Shown here in pieces: positions 31,705-41,730 of a stretch of DNA of 64,000 nt. Position 1 is the stretch's first letter. Each line of letters begins with the position of its first letter. The notes under the pieces were generated by a model. The model made no database searches. It was not told the DNA's origin and was given only the letters and a program-made list of their open reading frames with translations. The stretch covers positions 555-64,554 of the forward strand of contig DHON01000112.1 in the NCBI GenBank assembly GCA_002409965.1, given 5' to 3'. The DNA comes from Firmicutes bacterium UBA5389 (GTDB lineage: Bacteria; Bacillota; DTU025). The position numbers were made by a program, and so were the translations under genes.

Positions 31705-33372
31705 CTAGTAGGCCACCGTGGGCTTGTACTCGCCGAATACATCGCGCAAAACGCCGCACATCTCGCCAAGCGTGGCGTATGCCCTCACAGCGTCCAGAAT
31801 GTGCGGCATCAGATTGTCGGACCCCTCCGCCGCTCGCTTGAGCGCCGCAAGACTCGCCTCAACGGTTGCACCGTCCCGCTTTGCCCTCAGTTCCTCCAGT
31901 TTCCTGCACTGCAGGTCTCCCACGGCCGGGTCGACCTTGAGAAGGCCGCTTGGCCGCTCCTCTTCTATTTGGAAATCGTTGAGCCCCACTATTTTTCGCT
32001 GGCCCGACTCTATTTCCATCTGGTAACGGTACGCGCTCTCCTCGATCTCGGCCTGGATGAACCCGCGTTCGATGGCTGCCGGGGCGCCGCCGATCTCGTC
32101 GATCCTCTGGATGTAGTCCGCCGCTTTCTGCTCGATCTCGTCGGTCAGCGCCTCGATATAGTAGGAACCTGCAAGCGGATCGACAGTGTCGGCTACGCCG
32201 CTTTCATACGCGATGATCTGCTGGGTTCTGAGAGCGATGCGCACCGAATCCTGCGATGGAAGCGCCAGCGCCTCATCGCGGGAGTTGGTGTGGAGCGACT
32301 GGGTGCTTCCAAGCACCGCCGCGAGCGCCTGCAAAGTCACCCTGACGATGTTGTTGTCGGGCTGCTGAGCCGTGAGTGTGCACCCTGCAGTCTGGGTGTG
32401 GAACCGAAGTTGCATCGACTTGCGATCCTTGGCCCCGAATCTGTCGCGCATGATCCGTGCCCAAAGTCTCCTGGCCGCCCTGAACTTGGCCACTTCCTCA
32501 AATAAGTCGTTGTGGGCGTTGAAGAAGAACGAGAGCCTGGGTCCGAAATCGTCCACGTCTAGGCCTGCATCGATCGCGGCCTTCACATATGCGATTCCAT
32601 CCGCTAAAGTGAACGCCACCTCCTGAACTGCAGTGGCCCCGGCTTCCCTGATATGGTAGCCGCTGATGCTGATCGTGTTCCACCTCGGCACGTTCTTGGA
32701 GCAGTACTCGAAGATGTTCGTGATCAGCCTCATAGACTGCTTCGGAGGGTATATGTAGGTACCTCGAGCAGCATATTCCTTGAGGATATCGTTCTGAATC
32801 GTGCCGTTGAGCTTGTCGGCGGGCACGCCCTGCTTCTCGGCGACGGCAATGTACATCGCAAGAAGCATTGAAGCGGGCGCGTTGATCGTCATCGACGTGG
32901 AGACCTTGTTCAGGGGTATACCGTCGAATAGAGTCTCCATGTCGGCCAGGGAATCGATGGCCACGCCCACCTTCCCCACTTCGCCTGCGGAGAGCTCATG
33001 ATCGGAATCGTACCCGATCTGCGTGGGCAGGTCGAACGCCACCGACAGACCGGTCTGCCCCTGCTCCAAAAGGTACTTGTAGCGCCTGTTCGATTCCTCC
33101 GCAGTCGCGAATCCTGCATACTGCCTCATGGTCCAGAATCGACCGCGGTACATCGTGGGCTGGACACCGCGGGTGTACGGGTACTCACCCGGAAAGCCGA
33201 GGTCATCGAGGTAATCGATGCGCTCGACGTCGAGAGGCGTGTACAGCGGTTTGACCTCTATCCCAGAGCTGCCCTCAAACCTCTCTCTGCGCTCAGGGAA
33301 TCTGGCGCAAGCCTTCCCATACGTGCCGCTCTTCCAGCGACCATACTCGCCCTTGAGATCCCCCTGGTTCAA
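31705..33372 (-). CDS. Methylmalonyl-CoA mutase, catalytic (N-terminal domain) subunit
   Basis: MCM catalytic TIM-barrel ([30 protein letters not shown]...). 555 aa. TTG start. Confidence 0.85.
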   Translation of the reverse strand: MNQGDLKGEYGRWKSGTYGKACARFPERRERFEGSSGIEVKPLYTPLDVERIDYLDDLGFPGEYPYTRGVQPTMYRGRFWTMRQYAGFATAEESNRRYKYLLEQGQTGLSVAFDLPTQIGYDSDHELSAGEVGKVGVAIDSLADMETLFDGIPLNKVSTSMTINAPASMLLAMYIAVAEKQGVPADKLNGTIQNDILKEYAARGTYIYPPKQSMRLITNIFEYCSKNVPRWNTISISGYHIREAGATAVQEVAFTLADGIAYVKAAIDAGLDVDDFGPRLSFFFNAHNDLFEEVAKFRAARRLWARIMRDRFGAKDRKSMQLRFHTQTAGCTLTAQQPDNNIVRVTLQALAAVLGSTQSLHTNSRDEALALPSQDSVRIALRTQQIIAYESGVADTVDPLAGSYYIEALTDEIEQKAADYIQRIDEIGGAPAAIERGFIQAEIEESAYRYQMEIESGQRKIVGLNDFQIEEERPSGLLKVDPAVGDLQCRKLEELRAKRDGATVEASLAALKRAAEGSDNLMPHILDAVRAYATLGEMCGVLRDVFGEYKPTVAY

Positions 33373-33486
33373 TGTAGTAATCCCTCCAAATGCAAACGAT
33401 CCTGTGCAATATTCAACACAAACCCGAAATTACCTCTTGTCCACCCTGTGACCGGCTCATCCCTCCTCACCCTTGTGCGCGGCGAT

Positions 33487-35685
33487 TCAATCAAACCGCC
33501 TTAGCCTGAGCGAGTTCGACACCACCGATACAGAACTCGCGGCCATGGCTGCGCCGGCGTATACCGGCGGCATCACGCCGAGGGCGGCCAATGGAATGCC
33601 GATGGCATTGTAGATGAACGCCCAGAAAAGGTTCTGCTTGATGATCCCGAGCGTGGCTCTTGACAGCCTGATCGCGCTGGGCAGTCTCTGCAATCCCCCC
33701 ACTATAGTTATGTCCGCGGCCTCCATCGCGATGTCTGTACCCGTGCTCATGGCGATCCCCACGTCCGCAGTAGCCAGAGCGGGGGCATCGTTGATGCCGT
33801 CTCCTACCATGGCAACGGCCAGGCCGCGGCGCTTCAGCAGCGCTACATGGTCGGCCTTGGCATTGGGCAGTACCTCGGCCATTACATGATCATCGGGCAC
33901 TCCCACCTGGCGCGCGATAGCCGCTGCAGTGCGAGGATTGTCGCCGGTGATCATGTACACCTCGAGCCCCAGTCCGAACAGGTCGGCGACAACCCCGGCG
34001 GATTCCGGGCGGAGTTGATCGGCAATCCCGTACACAGCTGCAATGGCGCCGTCCACCGCCTGGGCAACGGCAGTCTCTCCCCGCTCCTCCATGCGTTCAA
34101 GGGAGCTCACGGCGCTTGCCCCAAGGCTAACCCCGAGTTCCGACATGAAACTGAGCGTTCCCACGGCCACCTGATGACCGTCTACCTGCGCCAACACTCC
34201 CCGACCGGGCACACTGCGGAAGTCCGTCGGCATGGGCACATCCAGCCTCTGTCGAACGGCCTCCTCCACGATCGCCTTGCCCAGTGGGTGCTCCGATCCC
34301 CATTCGGCAGCTGCAGCCAACCTCAGAGCTTCCCTGGGCCCCAACGACAGAACAGCCCTGTAGCCCACCACTGAAGGCATTCCCCGGGTCAGTGTACCCG
34401 TCTTGTCGAGAATCACTGCGTCGACCCGGCTCAGCCTCTCCAGGTGTTCCCCGCCGCGTATGAGCACTCCAAGTTCAGCCCCGCGCCCCGTGGCGACCAT
34501 TATCCCCGTGGGTGTAGCCAGCCCAAGCGCACACGGGCATGCAACCACTAGAACGGAAGCGGCATTCACCAGAGCCTGTGCGACGCCTGCGCCCGCCAGG
34601 CGCCAACCCACGAAAGCAGCCACTGCAATAGCCAGAACTGCCGGGACGAAGTATGAAGCTGCAACATCCGCTAGCCGCTGTATCGGGGCCTTGCTGCCCT
34701 GGGCCTGCTCGACCAAGCGTACTATGTGCGCCAGCGCAGTGTCGGCCCCCACGCGCGTGGCTTGCACCTTGAACATGCCCTGCTGGTTCACTGTTCCCCC
34801 GGCGACCATATCTCCGGGTTCCTTGTCGACAGGGATACTCTCGCCAGTGAGCATAGACTCGTCTATGGATGTGTGGCCCTCGATGATCTCTCCGTCAACG
34901 GGCACGCGCTCGCCGGGCCTGACGACCACCACTTCGCCGGGGGCGACATCCTCGACCGGCACCGCCGCCTCGCTCTCTCCCCGCATAACCGTGGCTGTGC
35001 GCGGGGTCAGCGATGCCAGCTTGCGTATGGCCTCGCTCGCTCTTCCCTTTGCGCCGCGCTCAAGGTTCTTCCCCAGCAGCACCAGGGTGATCACCACTGC
35101 AGCCGCCTCGTAGTGGACCGCGCCTTCCGCAAAGAACGTGTTGACCACGCTCAAAGCGTAGGCAGTGCCAGTGCCCAGAGCCACAAGCACATCCATATTC
35201 GCCCCGCCGTGCGTCAAGGTCCGATAGGCACTGACGTAGAAGCGCGAACCCGGTAACAGCACAACCGGGGTGGCCAGCACAAACCCGATCACAGGGTTCA
35301 TCAGGAACATGAGCGAATGAACTCCGGCGAGCTCCGCCACCATGCCGATGACCATCGGAAGACTGAGAGCCGCGCTCAGGTAGAACATGCTCCAATCTCT
35401 AGTCATGACGGCCTGCCGCATGGCCTCGTCCTCGCGCCGATCCTCCTCGCCCCGGTCGCGGACAAGCTCTTGCGCGCCGTACCCAGCATCCTCCACGATT
35501 CTCCGAATCTGGCCGATGTCGATAACGTCGGGGTCATACAGCACCCGAGCGGTCCCCGATGCCAAGTTTACATTGGCGTCCATAATCCCGGGTTCCTTCT
35601 TGAGCGCGCGCTCGACGCGCGCGGAGCACGCCGCGCACGACATCCCAGCCACCGCCAGGTCCACTGAATGCGTCTCATCTGTCAT
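33487..35685 (-). CDS. copA: Copper-translocating P1B-type ATPase
   Basis: Single N-terminal HMA domain [18 protein letters not shown] ([11 protein letters not shown]), DKTGTLT and GDGINDAP motifs. Start set at ATG 35685 (MTDETHSV) with a GGAGGTG RBS. The 250-codon Arg/His-rich 5' extension in the track is the antisense of the repeat gene and is discarded. Confidence 0.85.
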   Translation of the reverse strand: MTDETHSVDLAVAGMSCAACSARVERALKKEPGIMDANVNLASGTARVLYDPDVIDIGQIRRIVEDAGYGAQELVRDRGEEDRREDEAMRQAVMTRDWSMFYLSAALSLPMVIGMVAELAGVHSLMFLMNPVIGFVLATPVVLLPGSRFYVSAYRTLTHGGANMDVLVALGTGTAYALSVVNTFFAEGAVHYEAAAVVITLVLLGKNLERGAKGRASEAIRKLASLTPRTATVMRGESEAAVPVEDVAPGEVVVVRPGERVPVDGEIIEGHTSIDESMLTGESIPVDKEPGDMVAGGTVNQQGMFKVQATRVGADTALAHIVRLVEQAQGSKAPIQRLADVAASYFVPAVLAIAVAAFVGWRLAGAGVAQALVNAASVLVVACPCALGLATPTGIMVATGRGAELGVLIRGGEHLERLSRVDAVILDKTGTLTRGMPSVVGYRAVLSLGPREALRLAAAAEWGSEHPLGKAIVEEAVRQRLDVPMPTDFRSVPGRGVLAQVDGHQVAVGTLSFMSELGVSLGASAVSSLERMEERGETAVAQAVDGAIAAVYGIADQLRPESAGVVADLFGLGLEVYMITGDNPRTAAAIARQVGVPDDHVMAEVLPNAKADHVALLKRRGLAVAMVGDGINDAPALATADVGIAMSTGTDIAMEAADITIVGGLQRLPSAIRLSRATLGIIKQNLFWAFIYNAIGIPLAALGVMPPVYAGAAMAASSVSVVSNSLRLRRFD

Positions 35686-35721
35686 GGGGGTCACCTCCAA
35701 GGCACTCGTCAGCTGCTGCGA

Positions 35722-35744
35722 ATGCCCAGCGTGTAGCTGGGCAT
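35722..35744. promoter_or_regulatory. Perfect 9-5-9 inverted repeat ATGCCCAGC-gtgta-GCTGGGCAT, 37-60 nt upstream of copA. Candidate Cu-responsive operator.
   Basis: Read directly from the sequence. Lies in the 198-bp divergent intergenic region between copA and the repeat-protein gene. Confidence 0.45.
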
Positions 35745-35883
35745 GGCGAAGTAGTTGGTCCGACTCGCGCCTCCGCCAAGAGCGGCAGAGCACGGAAGTG
35801 CCTGCGGCACGAGAACTTGACGGGGACGTCAGCAATATACTGCCATTGAACACGCGAGAACCCACACAACGAGGTGATACCAC

Positions 35884-36504
35884 GTGCTGCCTTCTAACGA
35901 ATTCCTCAGCATGGTGCAGGACGCCTACGGAGACGAGATCGAAGGCGTCAACTCCTACAGCAGGATCGCCCAGGTAGCTCCCACAGAATGCCTGAAACGG
36001 GCGATCCTCGAAATCTGCGGCGACGAGTTGCGGCACGCGTCTTTCTTCGGAACCGTTCTCTGCTGTCTGCCGGTGGAGGCGGTCCAGCCAACTCCGACGC
36101 CGATGCCAGCGCCAATCCCGATGCCTTGTCCGATGCCTCCGCCTGACACGATGTGGCCGCCTGCTCAGCCTGCCCCGGTAGCGCCATGTCCGATGCCATG
36201 GCCGACGCCATGTCCGGGATCGGCAATGCCTGTGCCCACCCAGTACCCCACTCCGATGCCCGCGCCATGTCCGATGCCATGGCCGACGCCGATGCCTTGT
36301 CCTATGCCGTGTCCGATGCCTGCGCCAGTGATGCCGGCCCCGTGTCCGCCCTACTACCCGTATCCGCAGCCTCCGTGCCCTACGATGCCAGGACCGTGCC
36401 CAATGCCGCAAGTACCCGAGTTCCCTGAACCTCCGCCCGCGCCTGCGCCTCATCCGCCCGGCGGACCGTGCCTAGGATGCATACCCTCGCGAACTGAGGA
36501 CTGA
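35884..36504 (+). CDS. Hypothetical protein. N-terminal ferritin/rubrerythrin-like half-motif (E...ExxH: GDEIEG...[12 protein letters not shown]), followed by a roughly 140-aa Pro/Met/Cys-rich tandem-repeat tail (7x CPMP, MPxPCP units).
   Basis: GTG start with a GAGGTGA RBS. In-frame DNA tandem repeats. Strong terminator hairpin 60 nt after the stop. Divergent from copA. Confidence 0.55.
   Translation: MLPSNEFLSMVQDAYGDEIEGVNSYSRIAQVAPTECLKRAILEICGDELRHASFFGTVLCCLPVEAVQPTPTPMPAPIPMPCPMPPPDTMWPPAQPAPVAPCPMPWPTPCPGSAMPVPTQYPTPMPAPCPMPWPTPMPCPMPCPMPAPVMPAPCPPYYPYPQPPCPTMPGPCPMPQVPEFPEPPPAPAPHPPGGPCLGCIPSRTED
36181..36290 (+). repeat. Intragenic tandem repeat. Exact 29-nt direct repeat GCGCCATGTCCGATGCCATGGCCGACGCC at 36181-36209 and 36262-36290 (81 nt apart, in frame), within a wider array of CCGATGCC-type units (about 36095-36340).
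   Basis: Read directly. Encodes [10 protein letters not shown] twice. Confidence 0.8.
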
Positions 36505-36562
36505 CCGTGCACTGACCCGGGCAAGAGCATGATCGCCCCAGTGCCGAGTCCTCCGGACACTC

Positions 36563-36610
36563 GAACCGTGGTCGTCTCTCGTCAGGCGCAACCACGGTTC
36601 AGTCTTTTCC
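36563..36610 (+). terminator. Intrinsic terminator: 10-bp stem GAACCGTGGT/ACCACGGTTC, 18-nt loop, then TCTTTTCC
   Basis: Read directly. Lies between the convergent repeat-protein gene and the PAP2 gene. Confidence 0.55.
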
Positions 36611-36614
36611 AACA

Positions 36615-37223
36615 TTACTCGGTGTCCAGCGCGAACAGGCGTAGCCGGCCCTCGGCAACCCAAGTGCCCACCCAAAGCCCGATACCGGCCCCGGCCACAA
36701 CATCAGAAGGCCAGTGTACGCCGAGTTCAACCCGGCTCAGGCCTACGGCGACCGCAAGCCCGTAGAGTATGGGAGACCAGTCGGGATATCTGTGCGACAA
36801 CACGGTAGCCATGGCGAACGCATTGGCGGTGTGGCCCGACGGCATCGAATGGTAATCGGGCGAAAGATTCGGACCGGTGAACCGCCCGTTCTCGCCGGGC
36901 ACATACGGCCGGGCGCGACCGAAGCCTATCTTGAGCGCCTCCACAACCCCCGCGGCGCCGGCGGTGGCATTGACCAGCATCTCCCCTACAGGCGGGTCGT
37001 ATGCCAGGAATGCCGCGCCGAGCGCGAACGACGCGCCGGCGCCGCCGAGATGGGTTATCACCCGGGCTATACTTGTCCAGCCCGACTCCGGCATCGACCC
37101 TCCTGCCGCCGGCGCAACCGCCGGCCCGGCCACCTGAGCTAAAGGCACGGCGGCAGCCGCCGGAGCCCTGCAAGAAATGCCGACCATAAGCGCAGCCACA
37201 GCCAGAGCAATTGCTTTGCTCAT
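36615..37223 (-). CDS. Secreted PAP2-family (type 2 phosphatidic-acid / undecaprenyl-diphosphate phosphatase-like) phosphatase
   Basis: Signal peptide. PAP2 motifs KxxxxxxRP (KIGFGRARP), PSGH (MPSGHTA) and SRxxxxxHxxxD (SRVELGVHWPSD). Confidence 0.75.
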   Translation of the reverse strand: MSKAIALAVAALMVGISCRAPAAAAVPLAQVAGPAVAPAAGGSMPESGWTSIARVITHLGGAGASFALGAAFLAYDPPVGEMLVNATAGAAGVVEALKIGFGRARPYVPGENGRFTGPNLSPDYHSMPSGHTANAFAMATVLSHRYPDWSPILYGLAVAVGLSRVELGVHWPSDVVAGAGIGLWVGTWVAEGRLRLFALDTE

Positions 37224-38041
37224 CGGTCAGACACCTCTTCCGTCGATCCTGCCGTTTCTGCCGAACCATATCCTATGGACACGTCGGCCGATGTGACCCT
37301 GACAGACTCGCCGGAGTCCTTCAACACCACCAGACCACCTTCCTCATCCAGACGCACCGCCACCGCCTCGAACTGGCCCGACATGGCCTTCACCGTTATC
37401 CGACGGCCAATTGTGGCCCGCATAAGCCGCTCGGCCTCGTCCCTGAGCGATGCAGCGCCCACGGCCCCTTGATCGAGCAACGCGCGGCGATCCGCCAGCT
37501 CATCGAGGACCGCTTCCAGCAGCCGCTCGCGATCAGCCGCCGCTTCCGCCGCCGGCCCTGTCAGATGCTCGGCTAGCGCGGTGGCCACCGGCTCCAGTTC
37601 AGGCGGAAACCCGCCTTCAGGAAGATGAAGATTGATCCCCACTCCGACCACGGCCCACTCGAGGCCGCCGTCCGCAGTTGACGCTTCTGCGAGCACGCCG
37701 CAGACCTTACGTCCGTCTATCAGCACATCGTTGGGCCACTTGAGATCCGCGCGCACGCCGGTGAGCTTGTCTATGGCACAAGCAACGGCAACGGCCGCCC
37801 CGATCCCCAGAAGGCCGGCGAGATTCGGCTCGAACTCGGGCCTGAACACTACCGAAAACCACAGCCCGAACTCCCCGCTCGACAGCCAGGATCTTCCCAT
37901 TCGTCCACGGCCCGCCGTCTGTCGCCTGGCAACAATCACAGTGCCATCGCCTGCTCCGCCTTCTGCGAGCGCCCTCGCCATGCGGTTTGTGGAATCGGTC
38001 TGTTCCACCTGCATGATGCTAAAACTCGGCTTCACTCTCAT
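37220..38041 (-). CDS. birA: Biotin--[acetyl-CoA-carboxylase] ligase (catalytic-only form, no N-terminal HTH)
   Basis: QTAGRGRMGRSW and KWPNDVLIDGRKVCGVL motifs. 4-bp overlap with the PAP2 gene. Confidence 0.8.
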   Translation of the reverse strand: MRVKPSFSIMQVEQTDSTNRMARALAEGGAGDGTVIVARRQTAGRGRMGRSWLSSGEFGLWFSVVFRPEFEPNLAGLLGIGAAVAVACAIDKLTGVRADLKWPNDVLIDGRKVCGVLAEASTADGGLEWAVVGVGINLHLPEGGFPPELEPVATALAEHLTGPAAEAAADRERLLEAVLDELADRRALLDQGAVGAASLRDEAERLMRATIGRRITVKAMSGQFEAVAVRLDEEGGLVVLKDSGESVRVTSADVSIGYGSAETAGSTEEVSDR

Positions 38042-38444
38042 CTACGCCATCTCCGGATCTGGATCCCGATTGCCCACCCGCAGGCGCGCCGCGGCTGATC
38101 TCGCACTCGACATAGTCGGCGAGCCCTCCCAAAGGCGCGTGGGGCTTGCGCACCCGCACCGTCACCCGGCTCACAGGGTGAATCGCCAACACCTCATCGC
38201 TAATGGCGGCGGCGAGCGCCTCGATGAGGTCGAACTCGCGCTCTTCCACGATCTCCTTGACCAGCGCGTACACATCCGCGTAGTTCACCGTCATGTCGAT
38301 GTCGTCGGCGCGCGCCGAAGCCTGGAAGTCGCCGTACATGTCGACGTCCACCTCGAACCTCTGCCCCAGTTCCTTCTCAGCGGCAAACACACCGTGGTAG
38401 GCATAGAACACCAGGTTCTTGAGTGTGATCCTGTCAGCCTGCAT
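38019..38444 (-). CDS. folB: Dihydroneopterin aldolase
   Basis: MQADRITLKNLVFYAYHGVFAAEKELGQRFEVDV matches the FolB family. About 141 aa, with an acidic C-terminal tail. Confidence 0.8.
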   Translation of the reverse strand: MQADRITLKNLVFYAYHGVFAAEKELGQRFEVDVDMYGDFQASARADDIDMTVNYADVYALVKEIVEEREFDLIEALAAAISDEVLAIHPVSRVTVRVRKPHAPLGGLADYVECEISRGAPAGGQSGSRSGDGVDESEAEF

Positions 38445-39687
38445 TGCCGTCCTCCTCTCCGCGCCATCCTCTGATGACAGCGTCCGTCATCCGGGCAACC
38501 ATCGCCATCTCGCCCACATCATGAACTCTCACCACGTCAGCGCCGGAGGAAATCGCCAGCGCAACGGTTGCCGCCGTGCCCCATACCCTGTCGTGCACTG
38601 GTCTACCCAGAACCCGTCCGATGGTGGACTTGCGCGATGTCCCCACCAGGATCGGCCTGCCCAGGCTCTTGAATTCACGAAGACGCCTCATGATCTCCAG
38701 GTTGTGCTGCGGCGTCTTACCAAAGCCTATTCCAGGGTCGACGATAGTGTTACACAGCCCGATCCCCCGCTCACACGCGTATGCCACACGCTCCCTGAGG
38801 AACTCGGACACATCGTGAACCACCTCGTCATATGTGGGGTTTGCCTGCATATCAGTGGGGCGCCCGATCATGTGCATCAGCACCACCGGGGCGCCGTATT
38901 GCAGCGCGACAGACGCCATGTCGCCCTCCCCGCGGAGGGCCGTTATGTCATTGATGATGTGCGCGCCCAGGTCCAGACATCTCTGCGCTACACTTGCCCT
39001 GTATGTATCTATGGATATGATAGCATTGGTGTGGCCGGCGACAAGACGCACGATGGGGAGCACGCGTGCAAGCTCCTCTTCCTCCGACACTGCGCCGGCG
39101 CCCGGCCTGGTCGACTCGCCCCCGATGTCGATGATGTCGGCGCCCGCCTCCAGCATAGCCTCAGCGTGCTTCAGCGCGGCATCGGGTGAGAGATGCTCCC
39201 CGCCGTTGGAAAAGGAATCCGGAGTCGCGTTCAGGATTCCCATGACGTACGTTCGCTCCCCGAACCGGAATGTCCTCTCCCCCACACACATCGGCTCCGG
39301 TTTTCCATCGAACGCCGCCAACGCGGCATCGATCTCCCTCGCGATCCCAGGCAGGCCGAACGGTTGGAGCCTGAGCGTTTCGGTGAGCCGCCCGAACTGC
39401 CTGAGCGTGCCGGTGAGAAGCACGTCGGACCGCTCCTCACACAGCCCGGCGGCGGCGTAGGGCAGTGCCGCCTCGCCGCCCTTAGCCAGCATCTCCTGTT
39501 TGATGATGAGAGCCGCCCTGATCGGCGCCTCGTGCAGACGGACAGCGCGGAACACCCCCTTAGGCGCCATGATGTCAGTCCCGGCCCGGCTTACCCCCAT
39601 GGAGCGCAGCTGAGCTCGCATAGCGTCTTCCGAGTCGAGCACCATTACTCGTGCCCCAGTGCTGCCTGCATCGTCCATTCGGTCCAT
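38434..39687 (-). CDS. folP: Dihydropteroate synthase with an N-terminal extension of about 140 aa of unknown function
   Basis: Pterin-binding core (TYVMGILNATPDSFSNGG...DIIDIGGESTRPGA...NDITAL). The N-terminal 140 aa has no match I can name. Confidence 0.8.
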   Translation of the reverse strand: MDRMDDAGSTGARVMVLDSEDAMRAQLRSMGVSRAGTDIMAPKGVFRAVRLHEAPIRAALIIKQEMLAKGGEAALPYAAAGLCEERSDVLLTGTLRQFGRLTETLRLQPFGLPGIAREIDAALAAFDGKPEPMCVGERTFRFGERTYVMGILNATPDSFSNGGEHLSPDAALKHAEAMLEAGADIIDIGGESTRPGAGAVSEEEELARVLPIVRLVAGHTNAIISIDTYRASVAQRCLDLGAHIINDITALRGEGDMASVALQYGAPVVLMHMIGRPTDMQANPTYDEVVHDVSEFLRERVAYACERGIGLCNTIVDPGIGFGKTPQHNLEIMRRLREFKSLGRPILVGTSRKSTIGRVLGRPVHDRVWGTAATVALAISSGADVVRVHDVGEMAMVARMTDAVIRGWRGEEDGNAG

Positions 39688-39714
39688 TCACACGATCCCC
39701 TCTGATAGTATTGC

Positions 39715-40347
39715 TCACCCGCCGATTCTCTCAGCCGTCGCGCGCCGAGCGCGCTGCCTGAGTTCATCTCGTTCCCGGGCGAAACGGTCAATCTCCGATT
39801 TCATCTCCGCTACGAACTCCGGATCCCGTATTGATGCCAGGTTGATCTGCATGTTGAGAATCGCCCCGCCCATGGCCGTATCCAAAAGCAGCGCGCCCAC
39901 GCCTGCATCGCTAGCGGCATTCTCATTGCCCAGCTGCGCCATGCACGCTGCCATCTGCATCCCCTCGGCGGCCAAGTGCAACGTGCGGCGGGGAACGCTC
40001 ACCGCGCCCTTCAGCGCGAGCTGAACAGCCTCCCGCCTAGCCCGCTTCTCCTCGTCAGTCTTCTTGGGCAGCTTGAAGGCCTTCATCACCTCGTTGAACG
40101 CGGCCGTGTCGTCGTCGGCGCACTCCAAGAGAGCCTGTATGAGCCCTTTCGACCTCTGACTGACCTGGTCCGCCCTGGACGCATCATCCACCGACATCTC
40201 GCTGGTATCTGTCAGACCAGCGACCATAGCGGCAAGGCCCACACCCATCGCGCCCGCAATCGCCGAAGCACTCCCACCGCCCGGAGCCGGGCTCGAAGAC
40301 GCGAGTTCGTCTATGAAGCCACGAACGGTCATGTCCGCGAATGACAT
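39715..40347 (-). CDS. Formimidoyltetrahydrofolate cyclodeaminase (FTCD C-terminal-like domain) as a stand-alone protein
   Basis: All-helical protein of about 210 aa with a cyclodeaminase-like pattern (DELASSSPAPGGGSASAIAGAMG...). Start at ATG 40347 behind an AGGAGGAGGAGG RBS. The assignment rests on recalled family features. Confidence 0.6.
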   Translation of the reverse strand: MSFADMTVRGFIDELASSSPAPGGGSASAIAGAMGVGLAAMVAGLTDTSEMSVDDASRADQVSQRSKGLIQALLECADDDTAAFNEVMKAFKLPKKTDEEKRARREAVQLALKGAVSVPRRTLHLAAEGMQMAACMAQLGNENAASDAGVGALLLDTAMGGAILNMQINLASIRDPEFVAEMKSEIDRFARERDELRQRARRATAERIGG

Positions 40348-41711
40348 AATCGACCTCCTCCTCCTGCGCTCGTAACCACGTGCGCTCCGCGCTTCACCAC
40401 GTCCCTGACGGGGTTGACCCCCACCGAGAACGGAAGGGCATCCACCGCCGGCACATCGCACACGATGAAGTCGGCATCGCGCCCGACTTCAATAGACCCT
40501 GCGCGGTCGCCTCGTCCAACCGCGTAAGCCGCGTTCACAGTAGCCGCGCACACAGCCTCGGCAGGCGTCATCTTCATCTGCAGACAGGCCAGGGTGATGA
40601 CGAAAGGCATGGACATGGTGGGAGACGTTCCCGGGTTGAAGTCAGTGGCCAGAGCCACCGGGACCCCCGCGTCTATCATGCCTCTGGCATCCGCATACGC
40701 TCTGGACATGAGAGTGAACATCGTCGCCGGAAGCAGCACCGCCGCCACCCCCGCACGGGCCAGGCTGTGAATACCTTCTTGCGACGCCGCGGCCAGATGG
40801 TCGGCGGATACGGCTCCCAATTTGGCAGCCAACTCAGCTCCGCCGATGGGGAAGATCTCATCCGCGTGAATCTTGGGACGGAGACCATGTTCCATCCCTG
40901 CCAGGAGCACCCTTCTGGACTGCTCTACGGAAAAGACACCCTCCTCGCAGAAGACATCGCAGAACTCGGCGATCCCCTGCTCCCTCACTGCAGGCAGCGC
41001 ATGCGATATCATGACATCCAGGTACCCATCAGGATCGCCCGCGAACTCGGGCGGCACTGCATGCGCCCCCATGAACGTGCTCACCACGTCAATCGGATGC
41101 GCCTCCGATGCGCGTCTTGCAGCCTCAAGCTGCCCAAGTTCAGTATCGACATCCAACCCGTAGCCGCTCTTGGCCTCGACAGTAGTGGCGCCGTGAAGCA
41201 GCATCGTATCCAGGCGCTTCATCGCGCCCTCCACCAACTCCGACAGGGACGCAGACCGGGTCGATGCCAATGTCGACAGTATGCCGCCTCCGGCGGCCAG
41301 GATGTCCAGGTACTTGGCCCCGCCGAGGCGCATCGCATGCTCTCTGTACCTCTCCCCCGCAAAGACCAGGTGGGTATGGGCATCGACAAATCCCGGCAGC
41401 ACCGTGCGGCCAGATGCGTCTATGACATGGGCCGCTCGCGGGGCGCCCGATGCATCGCCTGAAGGCTCCCGCGACAGCACCTCCTGTGTAGTTCCAACAT
41501 CGACTATGACTCCGGACCGCACGGCGATAGCGCCGTCCCGAATGATCCCTACGTCGCCCATAGCCGCGCCGCGCCTCGGCCCGTCTCCATTTGCGTCCAG
41601 GCATCCGTCGCCCCTGGCAGGCCTTGCGCAAGTGGCCAGCTCAGCGGCGTGAATCAGCAGCAAGTCCGATGGTTGCTCCCTCATGCGTCCGGCTTCAGCG
41701 CCCAAAACCAT
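40329..41711 (-). CDS. hutI: Imidazolonepropionase
   Basis: Amidohydrolase motifs (PGFVDAHTHLVFAG...) and an overall HutI pattern. The start could instead be ATG 41684. Confidence 0.8.
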   Translation of the reverse strand: MVLGAEAGRMREQPSDLLLIHAAELATCARPARGDGCLDANGDGPRRGAAMGDVGIIRDGAIAVRSGVIVDVGTTQEVLSREPSGDASGAPRAAHVIDASGRTVLPGFVDAHTHLVFAGERYREHAMRLGGAKYLDILAAGGGILSTLASTRSASLSELVEGAMKRLDTMLLHGATTVEAKSGYGLDVDTELGQLEAARRASEAHPIDVVSTFMGAHAVPPEFAGDPDGYLDVMISHALPAVREQGIAEFCDVFCEEGVFSVEQSRRVLLAGMEHGLRPKIHADEIFPIGGAELAAKLGAVSADHLAAASQEGIHSLARAGVAAVLLPATMFTLMSRAYADARGMIDAGVPVALATDFNPGTSPTMSMPFVITLACLQMKMTPAEAVCAATVNAAYAVGRGDRAGSIEVGRDADFIVCDVPAVDALPFSVGVNPVRDVVKRGAHVVTSAGGGGRLCHSRT

Positions 41712-41730
41712 CCCCCCCGCCCCGCCGCCC

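Noticed and set aside
35686-36453. Roughly 250-codon Arg/His-rich N-terminal extension of the copA ORF in the six-frame track ([20 protein letters not shown]...)
   Set aside because: It is the reverse-complement reading of the Cys/Pro/Met tandem repeat on the plus strand. copA has its own ATG at 35685 with a GGAGGTG RBS and an upstream operator-like dyad. The extension is a repeat-driven artefact.
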